Made by a program: the position numbers and the translations under genes
Notes under the pieces: model-generated
The model's input: only the letters and a program-made list of their open reading frames with translations
Told to the model about the DNA's origin: nothing
The model's database searches: none
In this document: in pieces, positions 27,804 through 37,045 of the stretch
How the letters are laid out: every line of letters starts with the position of its first letter
Position numbering within the stretch: position 1 is the first letter of the stretch
From: an uncultured bacterium
GTDB lineage: Bacteria; Hinthialibacterota; Hinthialibacteria; Hinthialibacterales; Hinthialibacteraceae
NCBI GenBank assembly: GCA_964449065.1
Contig: CAYVAZ010000006.1
Span: 1-38,880, forward strand
DNA length: 38,880 nucleotides
Direction of reading: 5' to 3'

Positions 27804-27892
27804 AAAAATTCTGTGACTATACGTTATAAAACATTTTTATATCTTTTGATTTAATCTTCGGTCTTTCGGATGAATGATGAAGAACTGTATTG

Positions 27893-28561
27893 TTAGTTTT
27901 CGGTTAAGGTTTGTTGCACTGATTTGGTGCAATCACTAATGTGGACGGCGGTTTTGATGAAATGCATCCCCCAATATCGGCTCTTTTTTATTGAAATGAA
28001 TTGTTGTAGATTATGATCAATTACTTCAACCCTGCACAATTGAAAAAGGCCTCTTAACTTCACTATATATGTATGTATATCATTATTAATTTGTGTTAAA
28101 AACGGCATAGTCGCCTTGAATGGAATATGAAAGAAAACCGGTTTCCATTGCAATTCAATCCCTCCGTCTGTTAAGGAAAGTTTTGCATACTGGGATGATT
28201 TGTGAAAATCGAACTCAATATCCCCTTTCAATTTGTTTATCCCCCATTCCTGAATACCGCCCCGCATCGCGGCTTCTGAATCCACCGCCATTTCGCGAAT
28301 CCAATAGCCCTGCTGTTTTCCCGATTTCGCATACGCCCATACATCGCCCCATTCATGCCATATACTCTCTTCAACGGTAAGAGGTGTGGAATATTTAGCG
28401 ATGTAAAAACCCGACGGTGTTTTGTTGGGGATGATGGATGTGGAGATAAACGGTTGTGGGAGATATTTGTTTGCTTTATCCCTCGGTTTCAGTGTAAAAA
28501 CCATTAGCCCTTCGCCCCGCAGGTTCCAGGGTGTAGGAGGGTAAAGTATATCAGTTGGCAT
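27893..28561 (-). CDS. Acetoacetate decarboxylase (ADC)-like family protein
   Basis: PTPWNLRG and GYWIREMAVDSEAAMRGGIQEWGINK. Overlaps the rlmN stop. Confidence 0.65.
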   Translation of the reverse strand: MPTDILYPPTPWNLRGEGLMVFTLKPRDKANKYLPQPFISTSIIPNKTPSGFYIAKYSTPLTVEESIWHEWGDVWAYAKSGKQQGYWIREMAVDSEAAMRGGIQEWGINKLKGDIEFDFHKSSQYAKLSLTDGGIELQWKPVFFHIPFKATMPFLTQINNDIHTYIVKLRGLFQLCRVEVIDHNLQQFISIKKSRYWGMHFIKTAVHISDCTKSVQQTLTEN

Positions 28562-29636
28562 GATGAAGCCTCAACTGCCCGCAGGCGGCATCAATACTGC
28601 GTCCGCGGCTGAAGCGAATGGTGGCATCGGTGCCGTGGGTGCGGAGAATCTTTTGAAACTCTTGAATGCGTTTGTTGGGTGTGGGTTGAAACGGCGCGCG
28701 GCTGACGGTGTTGAAGGGGATGAGATTCACCAGCACCGGGAACCTCTCGCAAAAGCGGACGAGACGTTTGGCATCGGCTTTGGTGTCGTTGACCTTATCG
28801 AGCATGAGATACTCAAACGTAATGCGCCTGCCGTTGAACTTGTGGTAATACTCCAGCGCGTCCATCAGTTGATCCAGTTGGTAATCTTTGGCGATGGGGA
28901 TAAGTTTGGAACGGGCTTCATCGGTGGTGCCGTGCAAGGATATTGCCAACTTTGTTTTCCAGTCTTCTTTGGCGATGCGGTAAATTTCCGGCACTAGGCC
29001 GACGGTGGAGATGGTTACACTGCGGGGAGATAATCCCAAACCATCCGGAGAACAGATCGTCTCTAAAGACCGTTTTACACCCTGAAGATTGTGCAGCGGT
29101 TCGCCTGTTCCCATAAACACCAAGCGGGTGACGGGCACGCCTTGGCGGACAAAGTACATGATTTGGCTGATGATTTCACCGCCGGTTAAATTTCGCTCGA
29201 GACCGCGCTGGCCGGACGCGCAGAACTTGCAGGCAAACATGCATCCGGCTTGGCTGGATAAACATAACGTGAAGGCGTTGGCATTTTCACTTTTGGATAT
29301 CTCTCCGCTTTGAGGATCGGTGCTGACTTTTTTGAAGTACCGCGGCATTTTCACGGTTTCAATGCCTTCTTTGTCTTCCAACTCAAACAGCACCTTTTCG
29401 GTTTCATCGGATTCGGCGTATTGTTGTGAGACCGGTTCCGGGATTTGCAGGGTGAACGAACCGGTCAGACTTTGCCGCAGCGGTTTAGACAGGTCGGTCA
29501 TGTCATCGAAAGACCGGGCTCCTTTTTGATAGAGCCAGTCCAGAATCTGTTTGGCCCGGAACGGTTTTTCTCCGGCTGTGGCAACCCATTCCTTGAGTTC
29601 ACCGGGAGTGGAATCGTATAGGGATGGCTGAGGCAT
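28551..29636 (-). CDS. rlmN: 23S rRNA/tRNA m2A methyltransferase RlmN (radical SAM)
   Basis: FRAKQI, CLSSQAGCMFACKFCASG, FMGTGEPL, TFEYLM, VNLIPFN and IDAACGQL. Confidence 0.95.
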   Translation of the reverse strand: MPQPSLYDSTPGELKEWVATAGEKPFRAKQILDWLYQKGARSFDDMTDLSKPLRQSLTGSFTLQIPEPVSQQYAESDETEKVLFELEDKEGIETVKMPRYFKKVSTDPQSGEISKSENANAFTLCLSSQAGCMFACKFCASGQRGLERNLTGGEIISQIMYFVRQGVPVTRLVFMGTGEPLHNLQGVKRSLETICSPDGLGLSPRSVTISTVGLVPEIYRIAKEDWKTKLAISLHGTTDEARSKLIPIAKDYQLDQLMDALEYYHKFNGRRITFEYLMLDKVNDTKADAKRLVRFCERFPVLVNLIPFNTVSRAPFQPTPNKRIQEFQKILRTHGTDATIRFSRGRSIDAACGQLRLHHAN

Positions 29637-29690
29637 TGGACTCTACTTACCTGTATGGAATGACAAACGCGCTCGAACTGAAATCAACGA

Positions 29691-29718
29691 TAGACATGTT
29701 CATTTGACTTAGTATAAT
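29691..29718 (+). promoter_or_regulatory. Sigma70-type promoter of cysE
   Basis: TAGACA-N16-TATAAT, about 35 nt before the cysE ATG. Confidence 0.5.
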
Positions 29719-29752
29719 TAATGTGACAAATTAAAGAAGTAAAGGATGCGTC

Positions 29753-30427
29753 ATGTTTCGATCGATCATTAACGATTTTAATGCCTGCTTGGAAAACGAT
29801 CCGGCCGCTCATGGGTTTTGGGGCGGGTTGGAAGTAATTTTAACCTACGCGGGCTTCCACGCGATGATCATGCACCGTTTCGCGCATTTTCTGCATACCA
29901 CGCTGCATCTGCCGCTGCTTCCGCGCATTATCTCTCAGGTGAACCGCTTTATTACAGGGATTGAGATTCACCCCGGTGCCCGGATCGGCCGGGGTTTGTT
30001 CATCGACCACGGTATGGGGGTGGTCATTGGTGAGACGACGATTATCGGCGACAACTGCGTCATGTTTCAAGGCGTGACGTTGGGCGGTACCGGCAAAGAA
30101 ACCGGCAAACGCCACCCGACCATCGGTTCAAATGTGATGATCAGCGCCGGGGCGAAAGTGCTGGGGAATGTTTATGTTGGTGACAATTCCAAAATCGGCG
30201 CGCAATCTGTTGTGTTGAAGGACGTTCCTCCGAATTGTACGGTTGTGGGTGTGCCTGGACGGGTTGTCGTGATTGAAGGACAAAAAGTCAGCCGCGGCTG
30301 CGATCTGGATCAAGTCAATCTTCCCGACCCGATTATGGAACGCTTGGAAGCCCTGCATAAAGAGATTGCCGAACTCCATAAAGATGTTGATGAGCATCAA
30401 TCCAAAGACCTCATTTCTTCGAAATAG
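29753..30427 (+). CDS. cysE: Serine O-acetyltransferase
   Basis: NDPAA, TGIEIHPGARIG, FIDHGMGVVIGET, GVTLGGTGKETGKRHPT and LPDP. Confidence 0.97.
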   Translation: MFRSIINDFNACLENDPAAHGFWGGLEVILTYAGFHAMIMHRFAHFLHTTLHLPLLPRIISQVNRFITGIEIHPGARIGRGLFIDHGMGVVIGETTIIGDNCVMFQGVTLGGTGKETGKRHPTIGSNVMISAGAKVLGNVYVGDNSKIGAQSVVLKDVPPNCTVVGVPGRVVVIEGQKVSRGCDLDQVNLPDPIMERLEALHKEIAELHKDVDEHQSKDLISSK

Positions 30428-30438
30428 CACGATAGTTC

Positions 30439-31059
30439 ATGAGTTCCACTGCAAAAAATCCGATATGGGTATCGTTCCCGCGCTGGATCGAGGAAAGCGG
30501 TATCCCCGCCCTTCTTGCTGAGCAATGCCACCCTCAAGCTTGGTTGGTGTTCCGTAAGTTGGTGGAACTGGACTGCGACGCGAATTTAACCCCCGACTAT
30601 TTTTTGATTCGCTTTGAATGGCTGTCCCGCTGGTTGGGAATTCCGGTTGATACCGTAAAAAAAGCCCTCGACCGGTTGGAAAAAGAACAGTGGATTGAGT
30701 TGCGCCAGATTGAAGAAAACGACGCGGAATGCCGAATCGAAGTGCCGATGCAATCGCCTCTGACCGAGGCGGAAATCCGGGTGCGGTTGCATGAATCCGG
30801 TGTGCAGTCCAGCCGCTATATTTTACGCTATTTGCATGATATAGAAGAGCTGAACCGGTCGGAAAAAGTCATCTTTCTCTATCAGATGATTTTTGGATTG
30901 AAGTTTACCCCTAGAATTGTGGAAGACTTGGAAGAGATCGCCAACACCTTTGATATGGCGGTGATCTATGAAGTGTTTTCGGAAGCCTACACGCGAAAAT
31001 CAAAAAGCTTGTCTTGGATTCGCAACCGTTTAAATAAGAAAGCGGTGATAGAAGAATAA
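30439..31059 (+). CDS. DnaD-like protein (N-terminal winged helix plus C-terminal DnaD/DnaB_2-like domain)
   Basis: wHTH-like AWLVFRKL...LSRWLGIPVDTVKKALDRLEKEQWI and C-terminal VIYEVFSEAYTRKSKSLSWIRNRL. Lies next to a helicase-loader ATPase. Confidence 0.6.
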   Translation: MSSTAKNPIWVSFPRWIEESGIPALLAEQCHPQAWLVFRKLVELDCDANLTPDYFLIRFEWLSRWLGIPVDTVKKALDRLEKEQWIELRQIEENDAECRIEVPMQSPLTEAEIRVRLHESGVQSSRYILRYLHDIEELNRSEKVIFLYQMIFGLKFTPRIVEDLEEIANTFDMAVIYEVFSEAYTRKSKSLSWIRNRLNKKAVIEE

Positions 31060-31076
31060 CGTTTTTAGAATTCTCT

Positions 31077-31108
31077 AATTGACTCAGATACGAATTGATT
31101 CAGATATG
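31077..31108. repeat. 16-bp imperfect tandem repeat
   Basis: AATTGACTCAGATACG / AATTGATTCAGATATG (14/16). Confidence 0.6.
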
Positions 31109-31151
31109 AATCCCATCTACACTTTAACGAAACATCAATGATGATAAAACA

Positions 31152-31916
31152 ATGAAAAAACTATCGACTTTAAGCGAACGGATTGAAGAACTGCTGCAGA
31201 AAGTTTCTCATGAAGATATCGAATCGCTACCGGAAAACGACCCGGACGGCCGCTGCGAAACGTGCAGCGGGTTTGGATATGTCAAGACGCCGCGCGGGAT
31301 CGTCGCGTGCGAGTGTACCCGGCGTGATGTGGCGCAGTTTGAGATTGCGCAGGCACGTATCCCCAAACGCTATGAAGATGTTTCGCTGCGCACATCGGAA
31401 ATGCTGCCGGATATACGGGAACCATACCGCAAAGCGCGTGAGTATGTCATTAAATATTCTCCGAAAGAGAACAAAGGTCTGTACATCTTCGGTTCAACCG
31501 GTTCCGGCAAGACGCATTTGGGGATCTGTATACTTAAAGCATTGATCGAGCAGGGGTATGACGGGGTTTTCTATAACGTCATCGATTTGCTGGATGAAAT
31601 CCGTTCTACCTTCAACCCGGATGATTTAACCAACACCAAAAGCCGGTTGGAAAAAGACTTGCAGCGCCAAGTCCTGGTCTTGGATGATTTCGGCGCGCAA
31701 AAGACATCCGCCTGGGTGGCGGACCGGCTGTACGCGATTATCAACAAGCGCTACCAAGACTGCAAAACACTCATTATCACCTCCAACTTTAAGTTGGAGG
31801 ATTTGAAGATGAAAACCGATTCTCGCTTGTATTCACGCATGATCGAAATGCTCGATCCCATTGAGTTTAAATCGAACGACTTTCGCCGGCGCAAAAATAT
31901 CCGGGGGAAATTGTGA
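31152..31916 (+). CDS. DnaC/DnaI/IstB-like AAA+ ATPase with an N-terminal Zn-binding motif
   Basis: CETC...CEC, ARIPKRY, Walker A GSTGSGKT, Walker B LVLDDFG, IINKRY, IITSN and RLYSRM. Confidence 0.88.
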   Translation: MKKLSTLSERIEELLQKVSHEDIESLPENDPDGRCETCSGFGYVKTPRGIVACECTRRDVAQFEIAQARIPKRYEDVSLRTSEMLPDIREPYRKAREYVIKYSPKENKGLYIFGSTGSGKTHLGICILKALIEQGYDGVFYNVIDLLDEIRSTFNPDDLTNTKSRLEKDLQRQVLVLDDFGAQKTSAWVADRLYAIINKRYQDCKTLIITSNFKLEDLKMKTDSRLYSRMIEMLDPIEFKSNDFRRRKNIRGKL

Positions 31917-32128
31917 TGAAATCTTATAAGAATAAAAATAAGATTGAAATTTTGATTTGTTTGATATTTGGATTGTTTGCCGCTATCCCCTTTTTTTCAC
32001 TTCTTTTTTGCTATGAGCTTTCGGTCAGGTACTCAGTGCCCTATATTTTTGCATTTCATTTTTTTCTTGGATTTGTATTCTGGTACGAGAACAGGAATGG
32101 GGATAATAATACCTTTTCAAAAAAATAA
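31913..32128 (+). CDS. Small two-TM hypothetical protein
   Basis: Start overlaps the stop of the ATPase gene and there are two hydrophobic segments. It is AT-rich and may be spurious. Confidence 0.4.
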   Translation: MMKSYKNKNKIEILICLIFGLFAAIPFFSLLFCYELSVRYSVPYIFAFHFFLGFVFWYENRNGDNNTFSKK

Positions 32129-32240
32129 TGTTTGATGCGTGGCTAATATGTCTTTCGAAGGCCTCAAAATTCTCCCCCAAGTTTGCTAAAGTTTTCCAAA
32201 AAAATTAGTGGAGTATTTGCCAACGATATGTTTGCTATGG

Positions 32241-32400
32241 GTAGCATCGGCTTCCAGCCGGTGCGTCAATCCGTACAACTCAATGAGAATATACTTGAAA
32301 AAAGTTGTTCAAACAATTTTTTTTTGAGGAGGGCAGGAGCCCCGCCCTCCCACTGTAAAACCTTTTAACGATTTGGGGGCAGCCACACCGTGGCTGCCCC
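32241..32400. repeat. Cluster of three different REP-like hairpins between convergent genes
   Basis: GTAGCATCGGCTTCCAGCCGGTG (32241-32263), GGAGGGC-N9-GCCCTCC (32328-32350) and GGGGCAGCCAC-ACC-GTGGCTGCCCC (32376-32400). Confidence 0.6.
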
Positions 32401-32434
32401 TGTCGAATGAACCGGTACATCATTTTTAACTGAA

Positions 32435-34966
32435 TTACTTCACGCTGCTGATCCAAGTTTGGGCTTGTTCGACGGTGACACCGTAGTCGGGGATGGGGAA
32501 GCCGAGGGTGTCTCCGTTGGCTGTAAATCCGCCGCCGTCTACATCGACATAAATCGGGTTGTTGTAGGCGCAGGGCTGCATTTTCGCCTGCCAACTGGTA
32601 CCCCAGCCGGTTTTGAGGTCATAATCTTCGCCAAAAGCGACTACGATGATGTGGCTGTCTTCTTGCAGCGGCACGTTGATGGTTTCATCAAACTGCACTA
32701 TGCCGTCTTTGAACAGTTCGGGATGAGTAGAGCGTTTAAAGTTGACATCTTCGCGCTGACGGCCGTTCACCAAGACCTGCACACGGTCAATATCCACCCA
32801 GGTGTTGCACTGCACTTTGACATGCAGTTTTAATTCGCCGTTGGCCAGGGTGCTGCCGCCCGCGATGGTGCCGTCTCCGGTCTCGACTTCAAGGTAGGGA
32901 CCGTTGGTGATGATGACACGCCCGGCTTTGGCGTTGACAGCCATTTCTTTCCAATCGATTTCAGACGGTTTGTCGGAGGAACTGGGGATGTAGGTTCGTA
33001 TCCCACCGACACCGTTGCCGTGTACACGGTGGGCATCGGCAACCGCGACGCTGGTATAGCGGTGGCCCTGGTTGAGCAGTTGCAGCCAGATGAATTCGCG
33101 ATTGTGGCGTATGCGGGGGCTGCCATCGAAGTCTTCGGAAATCCATACCGGTGTTTTATCCAAAATATGAATGTGCGCGGTGCTGCCGCCTTTGTTTACG
33201 ATTTCGGCGCCGTCGATGAGAAATTCGAACCCTTCATAGCCGCCATCGCGCAAGCCGTCGCCGTTTTCATCAACAAAATCGCGGACCATGTCGGGATGGT
33301 TTACCTGCACCCAGCGTTCGGGGATGTTATTTTGGTAATGGCGCAGCGTGATGGCGTTTAAGCGCGGGTCATACTGCCACTGCGGGGCGCCGCCGTCCTG
33401 CTCAAGCGGATTGGGCTCGAACGGAAAGGAGTTGAAGTGCTGATTGGGGCCGGTTAATTCGATCCCTTGCGTGGTGCTGATTTCTTCACTCAGGCCCAGT
33501 TCTTCGATGTAGGGCGTCCAGTCAAACAAGCGGTTGTGTTCGGTGGTGGGAGCGAATTCGATTTGCTCGGCGGCGATGTTGATGACGCGGTCATAGGTGT
33601 TGGTGGTGTTGTCGCCGCTGGGGGTGGAATGATTGTGAAAGTCAGCGCTGACCCAGCCCGGTGTATTGATAACACGTTTTAATTTGCCATTGATGGTTTC
33701 GGTTTCGCCTTCTTCCAGTTTGATTTCCCGCTCGATGTGGTCATACTCCATGCCGCGGGTGACGATGATTTTGTATTCGCCCGGCTCCAGTTTGACGGTG
33801 AACTTTCCGGTTTCGGAATGATATTGATCCAGGCAGCCGTGGGCGCGGTTGTCGGGGCCGAGGTAGGGAGATTCGGTTCCGTTGATGCCGATGAACTGCG
33901 CTTTGCAGGGGGTATCCTGATTGCGTTCATTGCGGATATCAAATGCGACCGCGGAGGCTTCTTTCATGATGATATCGAGCGTGGCGGTTTGGCCGTCGCG
34001 GATGGTGACGGTGGATTCAACCGTGCCTCTGCCGTGGTCAAAGGTTTTGATGTTGTACTCGCCCGGCGCCAGGCGCAGCTCAAATTCGCCTTCATCATTC
34101 GGGTAAGCGTGAACGGCTTCTTCGCCGAACATGAAGGTGATCTCGGCGGTGGATACCGGATCTCCGCCTGTGTCTTTCACTGTACCTTCTAGCATACCGT
34201 AGGGATTCATGATGGATTCAATATACCCCTTTGCTTCCATTGGAGACCGTCCGATGGCGAGACCGCGGGCGTAGGTAACTTCTTCGCCCGGTTCCAGTTC
34301 GATGGAGTTTTCGGGGGCGGCGTATTCACCCATTTCGATCCATCTGTAGGCATAGCCGACTTTATCGGATGGGTCGATGGCATCGGCGACGAAGGTCTCG
34401 CCGACTTTTTTGGCGTTGCTCAAGCGCGTCCATACATCATTGGTGGAAAAGGTTATGGCTTCATCTGATTCGTTTTTTAATGTGGTGATGATGAACAGGC
34501 CTTCCCAGCCGTCCTGGATGCGGTAGAGGTGGCGCTTGTAGAGCCCGCCGTTGCTGGCGGCTGTCACAACCGTTTCTATTTCGGCGGCATCACTGTCGGT
34601 GCCGTCATCAACGATGCGGACATACGAGACCGGACCTTGCTGGTTGGAGGGCGCGAAGATGGTGAGCTGGTCGTTGTCTTCATCCAAATAAGTTAGATCA
34701 TAAACACAGCCCGGCGTAATCGCGCTCCAAAAAGTTCCCATGTTGGCTTTGCGCAGCGGCTTGTTGCCGGAGATGACCGCTTCAACGACATCATTGCGGA
34801 GGATAAAGTCTCCCAGGATGCCGTCGGCTTCTTTGCCGCCGGGTAGTTCACCAGCGTTGTGCATACCGATTTCAAAGGCTTCGGGTTTGGCGTGAACCTG
34901 CGCAGCCGCCAAACAAAACAAAGTGACACTAAATCCTAATAAATACTTCATTTTTTTTCCTTTCAA
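32435..34966 (-). CDS. Exported CehA/McbA-family (PHP-like) metallohydrolase with carboxypeptidase-regulatory-like domains
   Basis: Signal peptide, GDFILRND, GWVSADFHNHS, TTEHN, HFNSFP, VNHP, ADAH, ITNGP and NNPIYVD. Confidence 0.82.
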   Translation of the reverse strand: MKGKKMKYLLGFSVTLFCLAAAQVHAKPEAFEIGMHNAGELPGGKEADGILGDFILRNDVVEAVISGNKPLRKANMGTFWSAITPGCVYDLTYLDEDNDQLTIFAPSNQQGPVSYVRIVDDGTDSDAAEIETVVTAASNGGLYKRHLYRIQDGWEGLFIITTLKNESDEAITFSTNDVWTRLSNAKKVGETFVADAIDPSDKVGYAYRWIEMGEYAAPENSIELEPGEEVTYARGLAIGRSPMEAKGYIESIMNPYGMLEGTVKDTGGDPVSTAEITFMFGEEAVHAYPNDEGEFELRLAPGEYNIKTFDHGRGTVESTVTIRDGQTATLDIIMKEASAVAFDIRNERNQDTPCKAQFIGINGTESPYLGPDNRAHGCLDQYHSETGKFTVKLEPGEYKIIVTRGMEYDHIEREIKLEEGETETINGKLKRVINTPGWVSADFHNHSTPSGDNTTNTYDRVINIAAEQIEFAPTTEHNRLFDWTPYIEELGLSEEISTTQGIELTGPNQHFNSFPFEPNPLEQDGGAPQWQYDPRLNAITLRHYQNNIPERWVQVNHPDMVRDFVDENGDGLRDGGYEGFEFLIDGAEIVNKGGSTAHIHILDKTPVWISEDFDGSPRIRHNREFIWLQLLNQGHRYTSVAVADAHRVHGNGVGGIRTYIPSSSDKPSEIDWKEMAVNAKAGRVIITNGPYLEVETGDGTIAGGSTLANGELKLHVKVQCNTWVDIDRVQVLVNGRQREDVNFKRSTHPELFKDGIVQFDETINVPLQEDSHIIVVAFGEDYDLKTGWGTSWQAKMQPCAYNNPIYVDVDGGGFTANGDTLGFPIPDYGVTVEQAQTWISSVK

Positions 34967-35238
34967 TTGTGAATGGGTTGATGCTATAAATGTCCAGTAA
35001 ATGAAGGTTCAAATCAAGGTATATATGAAAGAAAAGGAATTAGAAGTTTGTGAAAACCTGATAGCAAGTTATCAATAAGGATTGGAACACGAGTGGAAAG
35101 ATCGATCCATCAGTCAATAGATTATCCGCGAAAGAGATAGCGAATGATTGGTAACAGGTCAGCGATATGAAGTGCATATGCAAAATATCGAATGGATTTT
35201 CTCATTCCTCCCCCAATACAATGGGGGAAGCTAGGTGG

Positions 35239-35391
35239 CAATGTCATTGACTTAAGGAATTAGAGCAATTTAAGGTTGGATAAACAGGAAATTGGTATTG
35301 CACTTGCCGTAGGGGCACATTGCAATGTGCCCCTACACACAACGTCTACGCAAACCTGAAATGATCTAAGAGTCCTAAGTCAATGGCATTG
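35239..35391. mobile_element. 153-bp nested MITE with IS4-like ends
   Basis: TIR CAATGTCATTGACTTAAGGA / TCCTAAGTCAATGGCATTG and a 10-bp duplication (A/G)GCTAGGTGG. It is absent from copy 1. Confidence 0.78.
35309..35336. repeat. Perfect 28-bp GTAG-type REP palindrome
   Basis: GTAGGGGCACATTGCAATGTGCCCCTAC. A half-copy GTAGGGGCACAT occurs near 14358. Confidence 0.85.
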
Positions 35392-35561
35392 GGCTAGGTG
35401 GGGGTTAATCGCTCAGTGCTTCAAACCCACCCCTAACCCCTTCCACCTTTGGAAGGGGGAATTTCTCTTCAAGTGGCTGACCGATTACAATGATTGAAAT
35501 GCAATGCATATCCTGGTAAATTCGTACCATCCAAAACTTAGAATGATGAAGAGGAAATTAA

Positions 35562-36947
35562 ATGCGAATACTTTTTTTATTGTCTGCATTATCATTGTCT
35601 ATAACAATTGCGTCGCCCATTGTTTGTGCGGAAGATTGGCCGCGGTTTTTGGGGCCGAACGGGAACGGCATCTCGAATGAAACCGGCTTGATTGATAAGT
35701 GGGGAGACGAAGGACCGGCAATCCCATGGCAGATGGATTTGGGCACCGGGTATGGCGCGCCATCGATTCTTGATGGCAAACTGGTGGTGCATCACCGCGT
35801 GGGGAATAAAGAGATTGTGTTGTGTTTGGACGCGGAAAGCGGGGACGAGATTTGGAACTATGCGTATCCATCGAATTTTATTGATCCGTATGGGTATAAC
35901 AATGGCCCACGATCAAGCCCTTATTTGACGGATGAGTATTGCTACACATTCGGCGCGGAAGGAAAGTTGACTTGTGTATCGATGGATGATGGCGGGTTGG
36001 TTTGGCAGCGGGATGTGTGGAACGAATGGGATGTGCCGGAAGCGTTTTTTGGTGTAGGAAGCAGCCCGGTGTTGTACCAAGATAAGTTGATTGTGATGAC
36101 GGGCGGACAGCCGAATGCGGGGCTATCGGCGCTGAATCCAAAAACTGGAGAGACAATTTGGGAAAGCGTTGGCCGGAACAACTGGCAGGGCAAGCCGATG
36201 CTGACTTTTCGCGGCAGCCGCAAAGTGGATTGGGAGACCGATTGGAAAATCGCGAGTTATTCAACCCCCGTGATTGCGAATGTGCATGGTAAAAACACCA
36301 TTTTTGCGTTGATGCGGCAGGGGTTGGTTTCGGTGAACCCGGATGATGGAGTGGTCAATTTCAGCCGGTGGTTTCGGGCGGAAATGAATGAATCGGTGAA
36401 TGTGATGACCCCGCTGGTGATGGATGACCATGTATTCATCTCCAATTCATATTACCGCACGGGGTGTTTGGTGCTTAAAGTAAATGAAGACGGCAAGCGT
36501 TTTGAGGATGTGTGGAAGAGCACCATTTTGGAACTGCACATGAACACGCCGATTTATAATGACGGATATATTTACGGCATCAGCGGGCGGAACACCGGCG
36601 ACGCGATCCTACGTTGTGTGAATTTTAAAACGGGCGAACTGCAATGGCAAACGGATGGGATCAATCATGGTGGTGAGGCGGGAAAACGGGCGCGGTCATC
36701 GGCGGAGATTCAGGAGCGGTTCGGCCAGGGATCGGCCATGATGGCGGATGGGAAGTTGATTTTCATCAGTGAGTATGGCACGTTGATTCTGGTTAAGGTG
36801 AATCCTAAAAAATATGAAGAGATTTGCCGGTTTAAGATTGAGGGATTGGATTACCCCTGCTGGGCGGCACCGGTGTTGGCGGATGGGTTGTTGTATTTGC
36901 GCAATGGGGAGAGGCTGGTATGTGTGTCGATGAAAGGCAGGGATTAG
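35562..36947 (+). CDS. Exported PQQ-like (BamB-like) beta-propeller repeat protein
   Basis: Signal peptide, EDWPRFLGP, repeated CLDAESGDEIW-type blades, SYSTP and WAAPVLADGLLYLR. Confidence 0.88.
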   Translation: MRILFLLSALSLSITIASPIVCAEDWPRFLGPNGNGISNETGLIDKWGDEGPAIPWQMDLGTGYGAPSILDGKLVVHHRVGNKEIVLCLDAESGDEIWNYAYPSNFIDPYGYNNGPRSSPYLTDEYCYTFGAEGKLTCVSMDDGGLVWQRDVWNEWDVPEAFFGVGSSPVLYQDKLIVMTGGQPNAGLSALNPKTGETIWESVGRNNWQGKPMLTFRGSRKVDWETDWKIASYSTPVIANVHGKNTIFALMRQGLVSVNPDDGVVNFSRWFRAEMNESVNVMTPLVMDDHVFISNSYYRTGCLVLKVNEDGKRFEDVWKSTILELHMNTPIYNDGYIYGISGRNTGDAILRCVNFKTGELQWQTDGINHGGEAGKRARSSAEIQERFGQGSAMMADGKLIFISEYGTLILVKVNPKKYEEICRFKIEGLDYPCWAAPVLADGLLYLRNGERLVCVSMKGRD

Positions 36948-37045
36948 GATTAGAGATTTGATGAGTGATGAGTGATGAGTGTGGGTTGCTTATTTTAGTT
37001 GGAATGGAGGATATCGAACCCCCTCTATCCTCATCGCTTCGGACA

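Larger units (their letters stand above)
35151..35488. mobile_element. IS66-like MITE copy 2, interrupted by nested insertions
   Basis: Closely similar to 27628-27803. TIR GTAACAGGTCAGC / GCTGACCGATTAC, with 8-bp target duplication AATGATTG (35143-35150 and 35489-35496). Confidence 0.85.

Noticed and set aside
31152-31916. IS21 element (IstB) or prophage
   Set aside because: No IstA transposase, terminal repeats, integrase or phage structural genes nearby.
36960-36980. (GATGAGT)x3 heptamer repeat as CRISPR or VNTR
   Set aside because: Only three short units, with no spacers and no cas genes.
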